Origin: Eledone cirrhosa
Taxonomy: Eukaryota
Assembly: GCA_964016885.1 (NCBI GenBank)
Contig: OZ024742.1
Span: 22,072,001-22,136,000 of the forward strand
Length of the DNA: 64,000 nucleotides
Reading direction: 5' to 3'
The notes under the pieces were generated by a model, which saw only the letters and a list, made by a program, of their open reading frames with translations, was not told where the DNA came from and did not search any database. The number at the start of each line of letters is the position of its first letter. Positions within the stretch are counted from its first letter, which is position 1. Below are positions 24,378 to 36,060 of the stretch, one piece after another. A program made the translations under genes and the position numbers.

Positions 24378-24574
24378 TTAAACAATTATAATGATGATGA
24401 TGATATATTTCAATGCAAATTTTCAAGTTCTGAACTCTATGGCCAAAATGGTTACATAGAACAGTTTTTGTAGCCGAGAACCAGGTTTTAAGCAGTTTGG
24501 TATCAAAGTGTCTCAGGGATAAAAACAGAAGGGTTTCTTTTGGGCGTGCTTTGAATTTCATTTATTATGCTAAC

Positions 24575-24755
24575 TGGCAGTATCGGTAGAGGGTCGGACG
24601 CCATGCTTTGCAGCAAAGAGTTACTTCCCTTTACGGACTGAGTTCAAATCCCACCGAGGTTAACTTTGCCTTTCATCCTTACGGGGTCGATAAAATAAAG
24701 TACCAGTAATGCACTGGGATAATTGCTGGCTTGTGCCAAAAAGTAGAAACAATTA
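24575..24755 (+). mobile_element. tRNA-derived SINE with Nin-like domain
   Basis: B box GAGTTCAAATCC followed by gcctttcatcc..gggtcgataaaataaagtaccag. Confidence 0.8.
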
Positions 24756-24848
24756 TGCTAAATACTATATGAAAATATCGCAAATGAGAGTAGTCAACTG
24801 ACCAACAGCAAATGAAGAAAGAAAGAAAATGTAAACTTGTGGACTTAC

Positions 24849-24954
24849 ACAACTGATTCTTCATTCCAAACTGGGTTACCTCCAGCAGCTTTCACAACTG
24901 ATGTCCGATATTTCTTATTTCCAAATCCAAATATCACCGAAAATTTGTGACGTC
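24849..24954 (-). CDS. Host gene exon, C2 core (G)RHKFSVIFGFGNKKYRTSVVKAAGGNPVWNEESV(V)
   Basis: ttttttgaAG acceptor, GTAAGT donor, 106 nt, phase 1/2; KYRTSV...NPVWNEE is a canonical C2 motif. Confidence 0.9.
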
Positions 24955-25999
24955 CTTCAAAAAAATATATATGTAGATAAAATATATATATAGATAAAAT
25001 ATATATGTAGCTAAAATATATATAGGAACAAGTATGACCCCAACGGCAGAGCTCAAGCCGTTTCGACAGCTAATTCTGGACTCAGAATTAGTCGTCGAAT
25101 TAGCCGTCGAAACGGCTTGAGCTCAGCCGTCGGGGTCCTACTCGTTCCTATTACCCACTCTACTACCCTAAGTATTGAGTACTTTGGTGCGTTATGGTCC
25201 ATCTAGTTCCTTACCACATTTCTTTCATTAAAATATATATATATAGATAAAATATATATATTTTAATCATATTTTAGATGTGTCATTTAGCTATCGGTAT
25301 ATGAGTGTGTGTAAGTGTGAGTTAGAAAAGTGTGTGTGCATGCATGTGTGGGAGAGAGAGATGTGTGGATGAGAGAAAGAGCGAGGGAGAGTGAGTGTGT
25401 GTGTGAGAGAGAGAGAGTGCGTGTGTGAGTGGAAGATAGAGAGAGAGTGTGTGTGAGTGGAAGAGAGAGTGTGTGTGTGTGTGAGAGAGATGTGTATGAG
25501 GGAGAGTGAGTGAGTGTGTGTGTGTGTGAGAGAGATGTGTGTGTATGAGGGAGAGTGAGTGAGTGTCTGTGTGTGTGTGAATGAGAGAGAGTGTGTGTGT
25601 GTGCATGTGTGAGAGAGTGTGTGTGTGTGTGTGCATATGTGAGAGAGTGTATGTGTGAGTGTGAAAGAAAAAGAGTGTGTGTATGTGTGAGAGAGAGGGA
25701 GAGTATGGTGAGCGAGTGAGTGAGTGAGTATATGTGTGTGTGTGTACAAACATAAGAAACAGATCTTACATGTTTTTATAGAAGAACCTTACATTAAGTC
25801 TTAGTAATGAAATAATTGATAATTTTAGTAAATCCCTCAAAATTGTTCATTAACTATTTGAAATGGAGTATTTCACTAGAAATATGCTCCTGAAAGGGTT
25901 AACAGTTCAATTTTGGAAAAAAAGTTCCTTTATAAATCAACCATTTCTCTTTGTAATTCACAACAAGGGATAGCAGAAAAACATTTCTGAGAATCGTAC

Positions 26000-26035
26000 C
26001 TGGTTTTTTTCCTTGTAATCCTTTTGCATTGTGAA
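26000..26035 (-). CDS. Host gene 36-nt microexon (V)HNAKGLQGKKP(G), C2 domain strand 1/loop
   Basis: ttatttttcAG acceptor, GTACG donor, phase 1/1; peptide resembles the VLQARGLRAKG motif of class I Rab11-FIP C2 domains. Confidence 0.8.
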
Positions 26036-26219
26036 CTGAAAAATAATTTTAAAATAAAAACAGGAAAGAAAATTAAGTTGTCACATTATCTTATTCTATA
26101 CACACACTGCATGCACACATGTTGTTGTTGTTGTTGTTGTTACAGCTCACACCTATGCAACTTTAGCTGGCCTCCTCCAGAGTATATCTCGTTGGAGGTG
26201 TCTTGGATGATTTAATGAT

Positions 26220-26380
26220 ATGGACCCCAGTCCTATCATCTCATTTCTACAGCTGAGTAAACTGGAGCAACGTGAAATAAAGTGTCCTGCTCAAGGAAAC
26301 AACACATCACCTGGTCCGAGAATTGAACTCACAACTTTTCGATTTCAAGCCCAATGCTCTAGCCACTAAGCCATGTGCCT
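26220..26380 (-). mobile_element. tRNA/CORE-like SINE 5' part
   Basis: Matches the head of 22212-22571. Confidence 0.8.
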
Positions 26381-26742
26381 TCACACATATCTATGGCTGT
26401 CCCTCACAACACATGATGCAGCAGGATGTGACAGCTAGAGAGAAGCAGAGAGCTGCACCAGTAATGGGCTGGTGCTTTCTTTATCAACCCCAAAATGATG
26501 CCAAACAAAGTAGACCTCAGCAAGATGAGAATACAGAGATGCAGTCACCCAGAACGGTTATCATAATGCATTCTATATGATGATCTAATGACTTGACAAT
26601 TGACTGTTATATATATATATATATATATATACAGCATCTCTCCACTTATGATGACGAAGGACCGTGACAAGTGGAGAGATGCTGTGCTGAATAGGACCCG
26701 TCCCACCCTTGCGAGCAGGGAAAAGCGGACGTAAAATGATGA

Positions 26743-26782
<40 letters not shown>

Positions 26783-28388
26783 TCATCCTTTTATAGCCAC
26801 TTTCCAGGCTAGCATGAAATATTTTGACTTCAAATAAAACTTTAGCCATCATACAACACTACACTGAAATATTTCACTTACAAATATAACTTTAGCCATC
26901 ACAAGAGACATTATTATTTAACCACCATAAGACACTGCAATGTAATATTAAACATAACTTGAAGTATTTTGACTTCAAATAATATTTTTTCAGTCTCTGA
27001 ACTACAAATTTAGTTACACTTTTATTTCTTTTTCTGTGAGAAAGAAAAGGTAAAAGAGGCAATTTGTTATTTGTTTTTAATCCTTTTTCAAGTGAAAACT
27101 AAATGATAAGGAACTCCACAGAAATGTCAACCTTGAAGCAATGTTGAAATGTATTAATTACAAAATTGAAACCTTTCAGATTCCATCAGAGAAATTCAAC
27201 TGATGGGAATTGAAGACTAAAGTGAAATTGTTTAAAGATTGGTGAGTGAAACTAGGCAATATTACTTCGACAAGATAATCATAAAATTGCTATATTTGCA
27301 AAAGTTTTCCAACATATTTTGTTTGATTAATAAGAACGGGGGTATTATTTGAAGACAAAAAACGAAAAACAAATTTTGAGAAAAATTATGAAGTAAGTTG
27401 ATGTATTTTCTTCAAAATATAAAAACAAAACTAAACATAAGAGAGATTCTTCTGCCCAAATGAAAGATGAAAAACTGTTGTGTATAATTTAATCATTATA
27501 ATCAGGAAAGAGTTGAAGGGGATAATGACATTTATTAGTGATAACTTATAAAATAACTATTTAGTAATATAAATCCTGTCACCAGTGCTGTGATGTGTCC
27601 TCCAGCGAAACAAGAATTTAATTACCTTAAATGAGAGAGAGGAGTTACTTGGCCAGAATATGATGGAAGTGGGGTTCTGTAGAGAATCAACAAATCCTTC
27701 ATAGGTCTGCAATGCTAAAGGAATTTAAAAAACGCAAAGAGAAATCACCACAGGCTCCCTTTCCTAAAAGATTTTTTCCCTCTTAATTGCAGTGTCAAAG
27801 ATATGACAAATGCCCATGACAATTTGCAAGACTGGTGGGAGGAAAGGAGGAATGTATCTTTACATTGGAAACTGGGTTCAATTACTTAAGTGGAATCTGC
27901 TAAAGTCCCCCAAGGTTTAGGTTGTGGTATTAAACCAGGTAATAAATCAATGATGACAGCAATATTGAAGATGATTAATTATGACGATGATGACAATGAT
28001 GATGATGACAATGATGATGATGATGACAATGATGGTGAAGATGACAATAACGATGGTGATGATAATGATACTGTGGGGCTGCCATGGGAGGGGGATTGCC
28101 GGAAGTTGGGGGATGCCTGGCCGGAAGCAGGAGGACGGGGGGCAACTCGAGGGATCAGGCCATGAACAGCTCTCTCTTAACTGTTGGCTCTGCAAGCAGA
28201 CGGGTGTGTGAAGACAGATGCTAGTGGAAGTACCCCACATGGACGGTGGAACCAGCGATAGAGAGACGCAAGGTGAGTCCGAATGCCTCCGCCAACAGAT
28301 ACTAACAAACAGGTTTGCACAAAAAGAGGGAAACAGCTACATAAACAAGAGACATTGAATATGTTTAAGAAATCTAGTTAAAACTTAC

Positions 28389-28434
28389 CTATGACAGTAA
28401 CTTGATCAGGAATGGGCTGTTCAGTTTCATCCAT
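28389..28434 (-). CDS. Host gene coding exon 1 (MDETEQPIPDQVTVI), start of a Rab11-FIP-like C2 domain; whole exon 28648-28389 including 5' UTR
   Basis: ATG at 28434-28432 with an in-frame TAG upstream; acceptor ctctctattttcAG before 28648; GTAAGT donor after 28389; phase 1 matches the next exon. Confidence 0.8.
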
Positions 28435-30120
28435 TACTAAATCTATTAAAACTATTGCATCTACTATAGTTGCTATATATATTACAGTTAGTACATCTAT
28501 TAAAATTGGTATATATATTAGTACATCTACTATAGTTTGTATATCTAATACTGTTTCTATATCTGCATCTGTTTCTACATTTGCAAAGTTTGTTTGATGC
28601 TACTACTAAATATCCTACGGCATTCTTCGTTTTCATGATGGCATCGTTCTGAAAATAGAGAGAAAACTGAGATTTTAAAGAATAACAGCAGAATATTTCT
28701 GGAAGATTCTAGTGTATCAAATATAATAGGGATGGATGCATGTAGCCAAAAATTAAAGGTGTGGAATGAACTATTTTATAGTCAAATTTGTATTGGTAGT
28801 GGAAAAGAAATGTTGTCGAAACATGGCCATCTCATACTATGAACATTTTAGTTACCAACTTGGCCAAAACCAGCTCTTGTTCTATGAAATAAAATAGCCA
28901 ATTTTAAAGGTTTCCAATTTAAATTAAAATCTTCTAACATAATTTTATATAAGATCCTTACATTAAGTTACTATCTTAGTGAGGAAATAATTAATAATTT
29001 TAGTAGGTCCCTCAAAATTCTTCATTAAACCTTTTAGCATTTAAACTGGCCGTATCCAGCCAGAATTCTCTTACCTCTTTCTGTTCAAACCAGCTGTAAC
29101 CAGCTGCTCATGCTGATGTTAAGGTATTGTTCTCAAAATAAATAATATCAAAATCTCATAGATTCGATATTATGTGAAGTAATTGTTTCAGCTTGTGTGT
29201 TTAGCAAGCCTTTTCAACAAAACACAAGCTGAAATCGTTTGATGCCACCGTCGGGATCTTACATATCTCTACCCATTCTGCATCTCTCCGTGCATTCAGT
29301 ACTCCCATGATTAGTGGTCTCCTTGATCTTAGTACCACAGACTCTCTCTCTCCATCTTATATATACACACACATGCACATATCCATATGTGGTTGACGGC
29401 TGAGAGAAAAGAGTACTCAATACCGATGTAGAGTTTTAGTCTCAATAAAATGAATATATATATACACACACATAAATACACGAATACCAGAGAAAAGACA
29501 TTAAATAATGATAATGATAATACATAACTAAAAATAAATTGATACAAAGATTTATACTTAATTAAGAGATGAGGTGGAGAAAGTAGGGGGGGAGAGGAGG
29601 GGGAGAAAGTACAGAGGGAAAGAGAAAGGAGGTGGAGTAAGTGAAGGGTAGGAGAGGAAGGAGGTGAAGTAAGTGAAGGGGAGGAGAGGAAGGAGGTGAA
29701 GTAAGTGATGGGGAGAGAGAGAAGAGGAGAATAAAATAGAAGAAACGTTGATTACTTCAAGTAGATGGTATTATCTCAGCATGAAGTTGAACATTTCAAG
29801 AATATTTGACATAACAAGAAAATTTGAATAAACATAAAACTCTTGAAAATGTTTATCATCATCATGGCCACCACCACCACACCAACACCACCACCACCAC
29901 CACACCAACACCACCACCACCATAACAACACCACCACCAACACATCAGCATTATAGTTATTATTATTAATATAAGAACACTAAAGAATCAAAACAAAAGA
30001 TAAGTACTTGGAAGTAGACATGGGTTATTATTGAATGTGTGTGTGTATATATATATACATATATACACATGTATACACACATTATACAAATATGTATGTA
30101 TACATATATACACACACATG

Positions 30121-30160
<40 letters not shown>

Positions 30161-30172
30161 TATATGTACACA

Positions 30173-30256
<84 letters not shown>

Positions 30257-31019
30257 AATATATACACACACACACACACAAATATATATATATACACACG
30301 CGTACAAATATATATACACACACATGCATAAATATACACACACACATACATGATGATGATCATCATTTAATATCTGCTTTCCCTGTTAGCTAGGGTTAGA
30401 CAGGTCTACATAGACCAAGTCAGAACTGAGATGGGGCCAATAACATGCCATACAGGCCAGGTAGGTTTGTATCTCACATAGTCATTATAAAGTGCAGAGG
30501 TGAAGTTGTGTCTTTTGACACAAACTGTAACACCCTCCTACCCCACCCCATTTAGCAGGCTTTCTATGGCTGGATGCCCTTCCTATCACCAACTACTTTA
30601 CAGCATGTGCTGGGTGCTTTTATTGTGTAGATCACATGTGTATCAGTGTACCTATATACATATATCATCATCATTTTTACATCCATTTTTCCATACTGGC
30701 ATGGGTTGGACAAGATGTTCTGAGTCAATGTTTTACAGCCAGATTCCCATCATAATGCCAACACTATGTTGGAGCTCTTACACCATGCAGGAAGGAATAC
30801 AGTGTCCCTATTTAAAAACCTATATATACATTCACACATACACACATATTTACTTTATATTTTATTTGAACTTATCCTATTGTGTATTTGCTGATGAAGG
30901 GAAAATGCCCGATATGTTGACTATATAACTCACTCTTTCTTTTAAGCATGAAACTAATATGACTATGTTAATGCATCCTTTTGCTAGTTCGTTTCTTGTT
31001 TCTTATATATATATATTAT

Positions 31020-31212
31020 TGGATTGGCAGTATTGTTAGAGCATTCGACAACATGCTTTGAGGCATATAGTTACATCCCTTTACGTTCTGAGTTCAAATA
31101 CTACCAATATGGGGGTCTATAAAATAAAGTACCAGTAATGCACTGGGTCGATTTAATCAAATTTCCCATCACCAAAAATTGTGGGCCTTGTGCCAAAGTC
31201 AGAAACCAGTAT
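31020..31212 (+). mobile_element. Nin-like tRNA SINE
   Basis: Same family as 24575-24755. Confidence 0.7.
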
Positions 31213-32096
31213 TAACCAAAAGCAGTAAACAGTGGGCTTATGTATGTAAAAAGCATAACAAAATCAATATGAAAAGGTAACAATAACATTGGAAACGAAG
31301 AGATCCCCAACCCACCCACCTATACAGCTAAATAAAGGGGGAGGGCCAACCCCAAAGCACAAGTAGAGAACCCCACAAAGCAACAATCACTGCCTACTAA
31401 AGCAACATCTGATAATAGTATTTAGTATTGCTACATTTAGTATTGCCACAACAGTGACAGCTTAATATGCATTACAAAGAGAAATTGATAATTTGGTGGA
31501 GCTTTTCAAAACTGACAATGACAAATTAGTTATAGGAAACAACAGCCATTATCATCACTGTTTAATGTCCCTCTACCTGCTATCATCATCATCCTCATTT
31601 AATGTCTATCTTCCATGCTAGCATGGGTTACATGGGTTTGTCCCATTTAGAGGCAAGTTGGGTCAGGTGACCATGTCTTGCTCATATAGGACTGTATCTG
31701 GCTGGTTTCTATGGCCGGATGCCCTTTCTATCACCAACCACATTTACAGTGTGTGCTGGGTCCTTTTTGCTGTGTCTTTTACATGACCACTTTACAGTGT
31801 GGGCTGAATGTTTTGTGGTACAAACATAACATTTATATAAATATATATAGTAAGGTGTATTACTTGTTGTGTCATATGGTCCAATAAACTTTTGTTAGTA
31901 ATATTAGTTCTCCACGCTTTGTATATCACCATTTCCATTTATAGGAACAGCTAGATGATGTAAAACGGAGTATTTGTATCAAAATAAAGATCCGAAGGCA
32001 TGGTATAAATTTCCAATCATTTGGGGGACAAAACTCTAGTGAGTGAACATCGTTAAATTTTCTCCCTCATATCAAGGATTTGAAGACAATTCATTT

Positions 32097-32168
32097 TCAC
32101 CTGACGAGATCAGTGATAATCGATCATGGCCACATGATCGATCTATCTCTTATTGAAACGTGTCGTGA
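32097..32168 (+). ncRNA. Minimal type I hammerhead ribozyme inside a fold-back element (31977-32216)
   Basis: tcac-CTGACGA-long stem II (atcgatcatg..catgatcgat)-GAAAC-GT-GTC-gtga; flanked by inverted arms of about 46 bp. Confidence 0.8.
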
Positions 32169-32214
32169 TTAAAATGATTGGAAATTTATACCATGATTTC
32201 GGATCTTTATTTTG

Positions 32215-32245
<31 letters not shown>

Positions 32246-32384
32246 CATATATATATTTATTTATTATAAGAACAGATTAAAGTTTAAGCAAAGAATCGCT
32301 TCTTTCACCCTTAACAAGATCTGAAACTAAAAAAAAATCATTCTGTGAACGAAGAAGTAAATATTTCAAAAAACGTTACAACCA

Positions 32385-32438
<54 letters not shown>

Positions 32439-32939
32439 GTGTACATACATATATCATATATATATATATATAGTAATAATAAATACAAAAACAAAATCCG
32501 AAGAGGGCTTGATAAGGATTGTATAAGCCCATAGATAAGTATATATAAAGCCATAGAGCAAATATTTATTAATAGTACAGATGCAAGATTAAGCAAAGAA
32601 TTTCTGCTTTCACCCTTTGCAGGATCTTCTGAAACTCGGAACATATATATATATAATTGCTATACAATGTGGTATTTATATATATATGTGTGTGTATACT
32701 GAAGAAGCAGAACATATAAATATATCCATGTGTTATTGACAGATGAGAGAATGAGTACTCGATACTAATGTCCAAATTAAATAGGCATTTATTATGGCTA
32801 AGTGGTGAGCCTTGTTACTCAGGAGTTTCACCTGCACACTCACAAGATCACACATCATCATATATATACATATAGATATGTGTGTGTATGCTTTACGGAT
32901 GGAGTTCCCATTTACAAAATTCACTCGAGACATTGGTTG

Positions 32940-33345
32940 GCCCAAGGATATAGTATAAGATACTTGCCCAAGGTGTCATTCAGTGAGACAGAACCCAGAA
33001 CCACATGGTTTAGAATCAAATTTCTAAACCACCAATCTATACCTATGTCTATAATGGAAGACATCTGCTCAAAGTGTCACCCACACAGCAAGACTGAACT
33101 GAGAACTACATGGTTTAGAAGCAATTTTTAAATCACGCATCTTAAACCCATGGCAACAGTGGGAGACATTTACCCGAGGTGATAGTGTCCCTCACATAGC
33201 AACACCAAACTGAGAACGACATCGTTTAGAAGCAAATTTCTAAACTACCAATCTAAACCTGTCTATAGTGGAAGACCAAAGTGTCCCCCACACAGCAAGA
33301 CTGAACTGAGAACTACATAGTTTAGAAGCAAATTTCTAAACTACA
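32940..33345 (-). repeat. About 4 tandem copies (about 100 bp each) of a degenerate SINE tRNA-head module
   Basis: Repeated gaactgagaactacatggtttagaagcaaattt; first copy has the CORE-like tacttgcccaagg. Confidence 0.55.
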
Positions 33346-33536
33346 CCAAAATATTTCACATAAAAGTATTTCAGAAACGACAGCAGAAGTAATAATACAG
33401 GTGAAAGGTTTTTAATGTTTGAAATGTTTTATGCTGACCCACAGTGTGTGTGAACACCTGAGTTCTGTTGTCTGAGTTAATGACAACGTGTTCTATGTAG
33501 ACTGGCTTCAGTTGATGGCTGCAATAATTTGGATAA

Positions 33537-33597
<61 letters not shown>

Positions 33598-33994
33598 TAT
33601 ATATATATATACATATACATACATATACATATATATTTATATATACATATATGTATATATATGTATATTTATATATACATATACATATATATTTATATTT
33701 ATACATAAATATACATATACATTTATACATATATACCTATATATACAAATATAATATATTTATATAAAAACATATATATACATATATAAACGCACACATA
33801 CTTACATATATGTGTGTGTGCGTGTGTATTTATATATATATATATCTAACCCATGCTAGCGTGGAAGATAGACGTTAAACGATGATGATGATGATGATAT
33901 ATGTATCATTATCATTTAACATCTGCTTTCTCTGTCAGCAAGGGTTGGACATGTTGCAGACCAGGTCAGTACTCAAGCAAAGCCTCTGGCCTCC

Positions 33995-34033
<39 letters not shown>

Positions 34034-34051
34034 AGTGTGTGTGTATATGTG

Positions 34052-34090
<39 letters not shown>

Positions 34091-34120
34091 ATAATAATAA
34101 ATTTGAAGACTAAAATCCAA

Positions 34121-34170
<50 letters not shown>

Positions 34171-34489
34171 AACAAAAACGTGTGTGTGTGTGCATACACA
34201 CCCATATACATGTATATGTGTGTGTATTTGTACAGGCAGTTATAGCAATTTAATATATAAAAGTTATAAATAGAAATATAGTTTTATATTATACAGCAAG
34301 CATCATTGACAAACAAACATTTTTTTCATTTTACTTCATTCCATTTATAACTGGGCATTATGTAATAAAACTGTGAAGCAGCTTTTATAACATTATAACA
34401 ATATATTAGATAAATACATATAATATATTACATAGATGTGAATATGTGTGGCTTTGTGGTTAGGGTATTTGGCTGAAATAGGTGCTCAG

Positions 34490-34710
34490 GGTTGTTGTGG
34501 ATGTCTACCAAGTTAGTTACTAGATGTCAGAGGTTTAATGTATCCATGCCCGGGAAGCAGGGCGTTCAGAGTATGGTAGATGCCTAATGGAGGGTATTTG
34601 TTTGGTTACACGTCCCTGAACAGTTTCCAGGAGATCAATATTCTGAGCAAGATAGAGGTTCCAGATTGGTGATGCAAATTCTAAGTGTGGACACACCATA
34701 GCTATATATG
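34490..34710 (-). mobile_element. CR1-like LINE RT C-terminal fragment
   Basis: YIAMVCPHLEFASPIWNLYLAQNIDLLETVQGRVTKQIP. Confidence 0.75.
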
Positions 34711-35359
34711 GCATTTAAACCGGCTGTATCCAGCCAGAATGCTCTCACCTTTTTCTGTTCAAACTGGTCATAACTAGTGACTCATACTGATGTAATGATA
34801 TTGTTCTCAAAATAAATAATATCAAAATCCCATAGATTCGATATCATGTGAGATAATTATATGAGGTAAATATAGCCTTTAACACAAAAATATAATAGTA
34901 TATATAAAGTAATGTAAATGCTAAAGGGTTAAGTAGATAGCTGGAGAGTGGCTGACAAAGGTCTTGCTGAGTGATGCTTAGACACCCTTGGCCTTCTTCA
35001 CAATTTTAGAGATGTGCTATTTGAGACACCCTTGGCCTTCTTGACAATTTTAGAGATGTGCTATTTGAGACACCCTTGTCATAGAAGAGTAGAGCAGTTG
35101 CTGGCTCTTGATTCAGCTAAAGAACCTTCTTGAGCCTATAGGAGAAGGGAGGGTATAGGGAATATTAGCAGAGTGTGTTGGGTGTATGTCAGAGAGGAGA
35201 GAAAGTATGTCATGGACACCACATATATACATAATCAGACATATCTGTTAAATGTGTCAATAACAGGTGGGAGATTCCACCAGAGGAGGACATGTAGATA
35301 TTGAATGATAAACAGTAATATATATATATACAGATACTCTCAAACATATACATACATAA

Positions 35360-35400
<41 letters not shown>

Positions 35401-35983
35401 GAAAAAATCTATATATATATACAGTCATATATAAAATCGTACAAAGAGACAGAGAGACAGACAGGGGACAGGCAAAAAGTGTGAAACCTAGCGGTTTCGC
35501 TTGTATTTTGAGGTCATATATATATATAGTTGACAACTAAGAGAATAGAGTACTCAATACCGAAGCAGAGTTTAAATATTCATTACATTAAGGCTAAAAA
35601 ATCCAAAGAGGGCTCGATAAATATCATCATCATCATCTTCGTTTAACGTCCATCTTCCAAGCTAGCATAGGTTAGGCGGGAGTTGTCCCATTTGAGGCAA
35701 GGTTGGTCGGGTTACCGTGTCTCGTTCAGGGCTATCTGGTAGGTTTTCTATGGCTGGATGCTCTTCCTAACAACAACCACATTTACATCTATATATATAT
35801 ATATATGATACGTATATATATATATATAGAATTAGCCGTCGAAACGGCTTGAGCTCAGCCGTCGGGGTCTTACTTGTTCCTATTACCCACTCTACTACCC
35901 TAAGTATTGAGTACTTTGGTGCGTTATGGTCCACCTGGTTCCTTACCACATTTCCTTCGTTAAATATATATATATAGAGATAT

Positions 35984-36014
<31 letters not shown>

Positions 36015-36060
36015 GATGGATAGATATATATATATAAATATATATATATATAAATATGTA

